Shown piece by piece: positions 58,065-64,000 of a stretch of 64,000 bases of DNA; position 1 is the stretch's first letter; each line of letters begins with the position of its first letter. Where the stretch lies: positions 1 to 64,000 of the forward strand of contig CAVRJG010000003.1 of NCBI GenBank assembly GCA_963721455.1, written 5' to 3'. Source of the DNA: an uncultured Methanosarcinaceae archaeon. GTDB taxonomy: Archaea; Halobacteriota; Methanosarcinia; Methanosarcinales; Methanosarcinaceae. Made by a program: the position numbers and the translations under genes. The notes under the pieces were generated by a model. The model had not been told where the DNA came from and searched no databases. It saw only the letters and a list, made by a program, of their open reading frames with translations.

Positions 58065-58438
58065 CTTGCTTGATTCCAGAGAATACTGCTGATTTTGTGC
58101 CTTCAAAAGCATCATAATGAGATAATGGGAAAATAATCGAGTACAGAAAAGTAATCGAGTACAGAAAAGTGGGCGGCAGAAAAGTTAAGAGTGAGACGTT
58201 TTTCCCCCATTAATCCAATCAGGTTATTGGTGGGATTCTTTATTTAGCTTGATTATAAAAATTATAGTTACGTCGTCTCGGTTCTTTTGAATTGAATTTC
58301 AGGCTTTTAAGTTTATGATTCTTAAAAAGTCCTTAAGTTTGTGGTTCTGACACTGTGATTCTTCAAAACCACTGGTTAATTGAAGCCACAGGTTAAGGTA
58401 GCGCTATGTAAAGCAAATAAGGTAATGTTTAATGTATC

Positions 58439-58792
58439 TTAATTAAGGTACCCTTTTCTTTCAAGCCATTCAATCTGGGGCCTTGTGTATTTCCAGGTAA
58501 CGTCGGCTTTTGAATTCTGAACTTCCCACGGATTGGCTATGACAACATCGCCTTCGCGGATCCACATTCTTTTTTTCTTGGAACCGGGAATCCTGCCCAT
58601 TCGGACTACTCCGTCCATGCACTGCAGTGTAACTCTTTTTGAGCCAAGTAAACTTGCTACTGTTGCCAGGACTTCGTTTCTGTCTTTACGGGGAGTTCGT
58701 ACCCTTGTTATTTCCTGGGGGCCGTCTCCTGAGCCTGTCGAACTGGTAGATCCTAATTTTCTTTTCCTAATAGTGCTTCTGTAATTAGCCAG
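58439..58792 (-). CDS. eif1a: Translation initiation factor aIF-1A, paralogue 1 (CTG start; missed by the ORF track)
   Basis: Manual translation (CTG)[11 protein letters not shown]...[55 protein letters not shown]...[17 protein letters not shown]. Confidence 0.93.
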   Translation of the reverse strand: MANYRSTIRKRKLGSTSSTGSGDGPQEITRVRTPRKDRNEVLATVASLLGSKRVTLQCMDGVVRMGRIPGSKKKRMWIREGDVVIANPWEVQNSKADVTWKYTRPQIEWLERKGYLN

Positions 58793-59063
58793 ATTAATTC
58801 CTCCGATGCTGATTTTTTTAGCTTAATAATTTCGGTAATAAATCCTTTTTGCTAGTTTCGATTCTTAATTCCGGTTGTTTTTCCTTTTTTCGCGAGTGGT
58901 ATCAAATATCTGCTATTTCCGAATAGATGTAATTAATTTATCATGAATTCGGTTCCAGGACGCATCCGCAGAAATAGAAGGCGAAAAACAGAAAGATTAA
59001 AACCATTAGTGAAAAATGAATTGAGTGTTAATCCAAAAAATTAACACTCAATACAGATTATCT

Positions 59064-59270
59064 TTAAAACTTCCTGTGGTTAGGAAGACATTCTCTGCAG
59101 TAAACCGGCCGTCCTTCAGTTGGCTTGAACGGAACTTCAGTCTCAACACCGCAGTCAGAACAGGTAACTTTGGTCATTTCCCTGGGGCCGCTGTTGCCGC
59201 CTCTGAAACCTCCACGGTTGCTGTCTCTGTTGCCGCCGCGGAAAGAATTTCCTCTGTCATTAAAACCCAT
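59064..59270 (-). CDS. Small RGG-rich CxxC-x17-CxxC zinc-binding protein, copy 1
   Basis: CSDCGVETEVPFKPTEGRPVYCREC with a GGAGGTG RBS. Confidence 0.93.
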   Translation of the reverse strand: MGFNDRGNSFRGGNRDSNRGGFRGGNSGPREMTKVTCSDCGVETEVPFKPTEGRPVYCRECLPNHRKF

Positions 59271-59783
59271 ATTTGTTTCACCTCCGCTTATAGCGGGTAA
59301 TTATAGAGTAAAAACAAGATTGTATAAAATTTATTGATTAAAAACAAAAATGGAGTTTTTAATAACAGATTATACGTCTCTTTATTTTCAACTATATCTA
59401 CACAGTCATTTAAATATATAAATCTTCCTATGAAAACACAGAGTAATGGTGGTAAAATCCTCTCAAGCGGACGTCTATCAAGCGAATATCTATAATCTGC
59501 ACTTCGAATTTAAGTATATAAACTTGAGATAATTATTATCAGTCCACGGACTGCAGGAAATACCAATCTGCTGGAAAATCAGATAACTTTGCTGATTTAA
59601 AATCTTTGCTGATTTAAATGATTCTAAGGAAAGTTCAAACTCATTATTCTATGAAATATATAACAGTACACTTGTTCAATAAAAGCATAATATAAAAGAA
59701 GCCGTCCGTTTGGCCTGCCCAAGCTAAGCGAAACGGACATAATTGTCAAGTGAAATTTTCCGAATGAACTGGTATTAGCAATA

Positions 59784-59991
59784 TTAATACCTGTTTTCTC
59801 TGGGTTTTCTGTGGTTAGGAAGGCACTCTCTGCAGTAGACTGGTCTGTCGGGGTCAGGTTTGAAAGGTACCTGAGTTTCAGCACCGCAGTCAGAACAGGT
59901 TGCGTTGTGCATTTCCTTCGGGGCTCCGAAACCTCCACGGTTGCTGTCTCTTGCCGCCGCGGAAAGAATTTCCTCTGTCATTAAAAGCCAT
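59784..59991 (-). pseudogene. CxxC-x17-CxxC protein copy 2, frameshifted by a 2-bp deletion
   Basis: ATG at 59991 gives MAFNDRGNSFRGG. The sequence GGCGGCAA[CA missing]GAGAC shifts the frame relative to copies 1 and 3. The C-terminal CSDC...CREC is intact in the other frame. Confidence 0.8.
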
Positions 59992-60466
59992 TTTATTTTC
60001 ACCTCCGCTTACAGCGGATAGTCAATAGTTTAAAAATAAGACTGATATAACTCTTTGATTAAAAACAGAAGGTAGTTTTTAATAACAGATTATATATCTC
60101 TTTATTTTTAATGTTCTTAGTATACAATCAAATTATATAAGTTTTACTCCTAAAAATCAGGAACGCGCAAAAAATGCTTTCTACTTTAAGAGTTACCCTT
60201 GTTAAAGCCAATCTTTCAGATTCTTTTCTGACAGATGTGGTAATTGCCAGTTAAACTCCACGAGGAAGGCAAGGATAAGTTGAAAAGGTTAGAGGTAAGC
60301 GCTTGAAGGAAGGAACACGGAAAAGGTTAAAGGTAAGCGAAGGTAAGCGCTTGAAGGAAGGAACATGGAAAAGATGAATAGGGGTTTAACCTAAAACTGG
60401 TTAAAACCGGATTATTGTCAGGACAATATAATTTTTATTTAAACTTTACTGTGATATTTCAGGAAT

Positions 60467-60811
60467 TTACTTCAGGTAACCTTTTCTTTCAAGCCATTCG
60501 ACCTGAGGCCTTGTGTACTTCCAGATTACATCGGCTTTGGAATCCTGAATCTCCCAGGGAGCGACGATTACTACATCTCCCTCGTGGATCCACATTTTCT
60601 TATTCTTGGACCCCGGAATTCTACCCATTCGGACTATACCGTCCATACACTGCAGTGTGACTCTTTTTGAGCCTAAGAGGGTTCCTACGGTTGCCAGGAC
60701 TTCATGATTCTCCTTACGTGGAGTACGCACCCTTGTTACTTCCTGAGTAGCCGGTGCGGCGCTTCCAGTTCCTGCTTTTCTCTTCCTGATATTGCTTCTA
60801 TAGTTTGCCAG
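60467..60811 (-). CDS. eif1a: Translation initiation factor aIF-1A, paralogue 2 (CTG start)
   Basis: (CTG)[11 protein letters not shown]...[16 protein letters not shown]...[13 protein letters not shown]...WLERKGYLK*. Confidence 0.93.
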   Translation of the reverse strand: MANYRSNIRKRKAGTGSAAPATQEVTRVRTPRKENHEVLATVGTLLGSKRVTLQCMDGIVRMGRIPGSKNKKMWIHEGDVVIVAPWEIQDSKADVIWKYTRPQVEWLERKGYLK

Positions 60812-61267
60812 GTTAATTCCTCGTAGTTTTATCAGTTTAAATTATTTTGTCACGATTTGCTTATGTTTTATCATATTTTTCGGATTTACTATGTTCACCA
60901 ATTCTTTAGGTACTTTGATGTGAAGGTTCATAAATGGATAAGAATTAAAAAACCTCTAAAAAATATGAACTCTCTGAAAAATCCAAAATCTCAGGAAACC
61001 TTTAGATTTTAAAGATCCTTCAGTTACTCCATAACCCCTGGACTGAGAGTTTGCTTCAAAATCCTTCAGAGTAATTCTATATTCTATGATAAATTTTAAC
61101 TATGTATAATGGATATCTATGTCCCCACTCTATAACTAAATTAATAACTATTTAAGAGTTCCTATGTCCTTTACCTTCACTTAAGGTAAAAAACACAGAA
61201 TAAAAGGTGGAGTAAGTGTTGATATAATTAATTTGTAAATCAACACCTTCCATTGAGAAATTTGAAC

Positions 61268-61474
61268 TTAGAACTTCCTGTGGTTAGGCAGGCAGTCTCT
61301 GCAGTAAACCGGCCTTCCTTCTGTCGGCTTGAATGGAACTTCAGTCTCAACACCGCAGTCAGAACAGGTAACTTTGTGCATTTCCCTGGGGCCGCTGTTG
61401 CCGCCTCTGAAACCTCCACGGTTGCTGTCTCGGTTGCCGCCGCGGAAAGAATTTCCTCTGTCATTAAAACCCAT
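61268..61474 (-). CDS. CxxC-x17-CxxC protein copy 3
   Basis: Differs from copy 1 at only two residues. Confidence 0.93.
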   Translation of the reverse strand: MGFNDRGNSFRGGNRDSNRGGFRGGNSGPREMHKVTCSDCGVETEVPFKPTEGRPVYCRDCLPNHRKF

Positions 61475-61817
61475 TTTGTTTCACCTCCGCTTATAGCGGA
61501 TACATGTATTCAATAAAAACATGATCGGATATAACTTATTATTTAAAAACAAAAATGGAGTTTTTAATAACAGATTATATGTCTCATTATTTTTACTAAT
61601 GATAAAACCATTTTTATGCTATATAAGATTAATCCATAAGAACCGGAAGAAATAGAAGCATATTCCTCAAAGAGAAAAGGGCATGGGGTGACATATCAAA
61701 CATACTAATAATACTAATAATTATAATAATAATAATAATAAATTGAGAGGGGAAACACTGTTACAAGAAGGTTTCCATTGATAATGATTAAAATCAAACG
61801 TTTCAGAATTTTTGGAA

Positions 61818-61913
61818 TTAGAACTTCCTGTGGTTAGGAAGACATTCTCTGCAGTAAACCGGCCTTCTTTCAGTTGGCTTGAATGGAACCTGCGTTTCAA
61901 CACCACAATCAGA
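61818..61913 (-). pseudogene. 3' fragment of a fourth CxxC-x17-CxxC gene
   Basis: SDCGVETQVPFKPTERRPVYCRECLPNHRKF* with no 5' half. Confidence 0.8.
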
Positions 61914-61951
61914 AAGAAGATAAAAATAAAGAGACGATAAATAATAGATTG

Positions 61952-62278
61952 ATGAATTATTATTACCTGCTTTTACTGGCAATTATATTTGAGGTCTGCG
62001 GAACTACATGCATGAAATTTTCCCAGGGTTTTTCAAGATTACTTCCGTCGATTTTGATCTTCGTTTTTTATGCTATCAGTTTCTTTTTTTTTACTCTGGC
62101 CCTTAAAGGTATAGATGTTAGCATTGCATATGCAATATGGGCAGGGCTCGGGACAGCTCTCATCACTGTGGTCGGGATTTTCTGGTTCGAGGAACCTGTC
62201 AATGCCCTGAAAATCGCTTCTCTTTTTGTTGTCGTGGCAGGAGTTATCGGGCTTAACCTTAGCGACAGAATGACCTGA
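61952..62278 (+). CDS. SMR (EmrE/QacE-type) small multidrug transporter
   Basis: LAIIFEVCGTTCMK, SQGF and IAYAIWAGLGT motifs; 4 TM segments. Confidence 0.93.
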   Translation: MNYYYLLLLAIIFEVCGTTCMKFSQGFSRLLPSILIFVFYAISFFFFTLALKGIDVSIAYAIWAGLGTALITVVGIFWFEEPVNALKIASLFVVVAGVIGLNLSDRMT

Positions 62279-62332
62279 AGTAAGCCTGAAGACCTGTCGG
62301 CTTCAAAACCAATATTGAAATGAATTGAGGAC

Positions 62333-63022
62333 TCAAAGTTTTTTAGCAACAATAACAAATCCGTTGATTTTTTTTCCTGTCCTTGTTTTGAGCTCTTCAA
62401 TCCTGAAATAATCGATATCGAACCCGCAGTTTACCAGCAGACACACAAGTTCTTTTTCGGAAAAATGATGTGCAATATACTCGATTTCTCCTGTATCGGA
62501 GTTCAGGGCAAGGAAAGAGCCTTCTTTTTTTGTAACCGGAAAATCCCGGAGGTATCGGTTTCTGTAAAGTTTGAGGTGCCAGTTCTGGCCGAATTCCACA
62601 AGGTAAAGGTAACCTTCAGGTTTCAGGACCCGGTAGGCTTCCCGCATTATCACTTCCCTTTCCCGTGCATCAGGCACGGAGGTTAGAAAAGCCTGCATCA
62701 CTGCAAGATCGAAGTTTTGTGCAGAGAAAGGAAGTCCTGAAGCATTTCCAATTTCAAAATCAGCCTTCCCGGTCATCTTCCCATGTAGCTGAAGGTTTTC
62801 TGCAGTGGCTTTTGAAAGCCTGATCGCCTCCGAATTTATATCTATCCCGGTAACCGAATATCCGAGGGAAGCGAGCTTCAAGGTAACTTTTCCGAAACCG
62901 CATCCGATGTCGAGAATTTTGTAGCCGTGCTGTAAGTATTCGTAAATTACAGGATATAAGTCCAGGCTTGAAGGTATATTTTCTCCGAAAACTTTTTTCC
63001 AGTATGCTTCTGACATATACAA
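62333..63022 (-). CDS. Class I SAM-dependent methyltransferase
   Basis: ILDIGCGFG and RVLKPEG motifs. Confidence 0.92.
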   Translation of the reverse strand: MYMSEAYWKKVFGENIPSSLDLYPVIYEYLQHGYKILDIGCGFGKVTLKLASLGYSVTGIDINSEAIRLSKATAENLQLHGKMTGKADFEIGNASGLPFSAQNFDLAVMQAFLTSVPDAREREVIMREAYRVLKPEGYLYLVEFGQNWHLKLYRNRYLRDFPVTKKEGSFLALNSDTGEIEYIAHHFSEKELVCLLVNCGFDIDYFRIEELKTRTGKKINGFVIVAKKL

Positions 63023-64000
63023 CCTAATACCACCTGGAAATAAAGAATATTTCGAGATCTTGTGCTCAACTAAAAATCCGGGAATTACCGGGTTAGGAAA
63101 TGATTATTATAAAATCCTGATCCCAAAAATAACCTGAAGATAACTTTCTTGGAGAGGCTTTTCTCCTGAAAACGCCTGCTTAAAAAATAATAAAGATATT
63201 TCAGGCAACCTCTGAAACCGCCCTCAGGGATTGCCTGGAAGATTCTTCTGTGTAAGGGATTAACCCCGATCCATACGGTCTCTGACACCGTCTTGCTACC
63301 GTTGCATTCAGGGCTTCGATTCCCGCAGCAGACCCTGTTTCAGTTCCTGACCTTCAGGCCTGGTTCGCCACAGAGAAATCCGGCAACCATATTTTCTGCT
63401 GCCGTGCAACCGCCCTTCCTGAAACCTGTCAGGGTTGCAGGGCAAGTTGCCTGCACGGGATTCGTCAACGGCTCCAGTTGCGGCGGCTCCGGAAGGAATC
63501 AGAGTCAGCAACGTTATTATAAAAGCAACAGGCGCCGCAGATTTCATTTGAACTTCCCTCAACGTTCATTTTTTTCTCCGTGTTTCGAAGTTCTTACCCG
63601 TTTTTGAATTTTCCTTCTTATTTTTTAGGACCTTTATTCCTTCAAATTTTAAAGATCTTTTCAAATCCCGTTTTATCGCTTCCCGGCTTTTTACTATTCT
63701 TTTCCGGGAGGCTGGCAGGGACCAAATCTCATATTGTAAAATTAAAATATAAGTATACTTTTTTCAATAGTCGGAGTATTGCACCGGATTGAGCCTTTTA
63801 AAACTTGATAATACTTTATTTCCCTTTATAAAAGATGAAAGGAACTTAAAATTTAAAAATAATATATATGGACTCGTATATTAAGTAAAAAAAGGCTCTC
63901 GGAAGCAAAAAAATGTTTCCAATTACTACCTATCTTCCGATCCTCTGTTGTATCTATAAAAATAGCTGGAAAAATAAACGAATCAATAAATCTTTTTTAA

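Noticed and set aside
60290-60375. ~33-bp direct repeat (AGGTAAGCGCTTGAAGGAAGGAACA...) twice
   Set aside because: A simple local duplication in intergenic DNA with no further structure.
63085-63562. Signal-peptide-like ORF (MKSAAPVAFIITLL...) and a downstream ORF
   Set aside because: Possibly a frameshifted remnant, but there is no recognisable family, so it is not called as a feature.

Overview
Archaeal chromosomal window, almost certainly from a Methanosarcina species, judged from the gene content, PKD surface proteins and IS/MITE types. 1-9.3 kb holds an FAD oxidoreductase, an MrfA/Hrq1-type DUF1998 helicase whose C-terminus resembles the chromatin protein MC1, LemA/DUF2207 and an acyltransferase. 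9.6-18.7 kb is the conserved rpl15e-RNase P-proteasome-exosome-rpoP-Brix-Pcc1 superoperon, split by an 840-bp hairpin-rich gap. 20-24.5 kb is an AT-rich accessory island. It carries three start-less copies of a block coding '...QKAIEAPGxKKPWWKFW*' that alternate with unique small ORFs, followed by IS/MITE debris. 24.8-30.3 kb has three tandem ArsR-HTH/Fe-S regulators, each preceded by an ATCAA-N5/6-TTGAT box, plus a DsrE/F/H cluster. 30.8-50.5 kb is a cell-surface region with pseudogenes, IS elements, MITEs, PKD proteins and lipoproteins. 50.7-58.1 kb encodes an SSADH, an ALS-like TPP enzyme, SdhAB and an aspartase/fumarase, a candidate 2-oxoglutarate decarboxylase shunt. 58.4-61.9 kb has two aIF-1A paralogues that both appear to start at CTG, interleaved with RGG/CxxC-x17-CxxC genes that share a structured 5' leader. 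All family assignments come from recognising motifs by eye. No searches were run.
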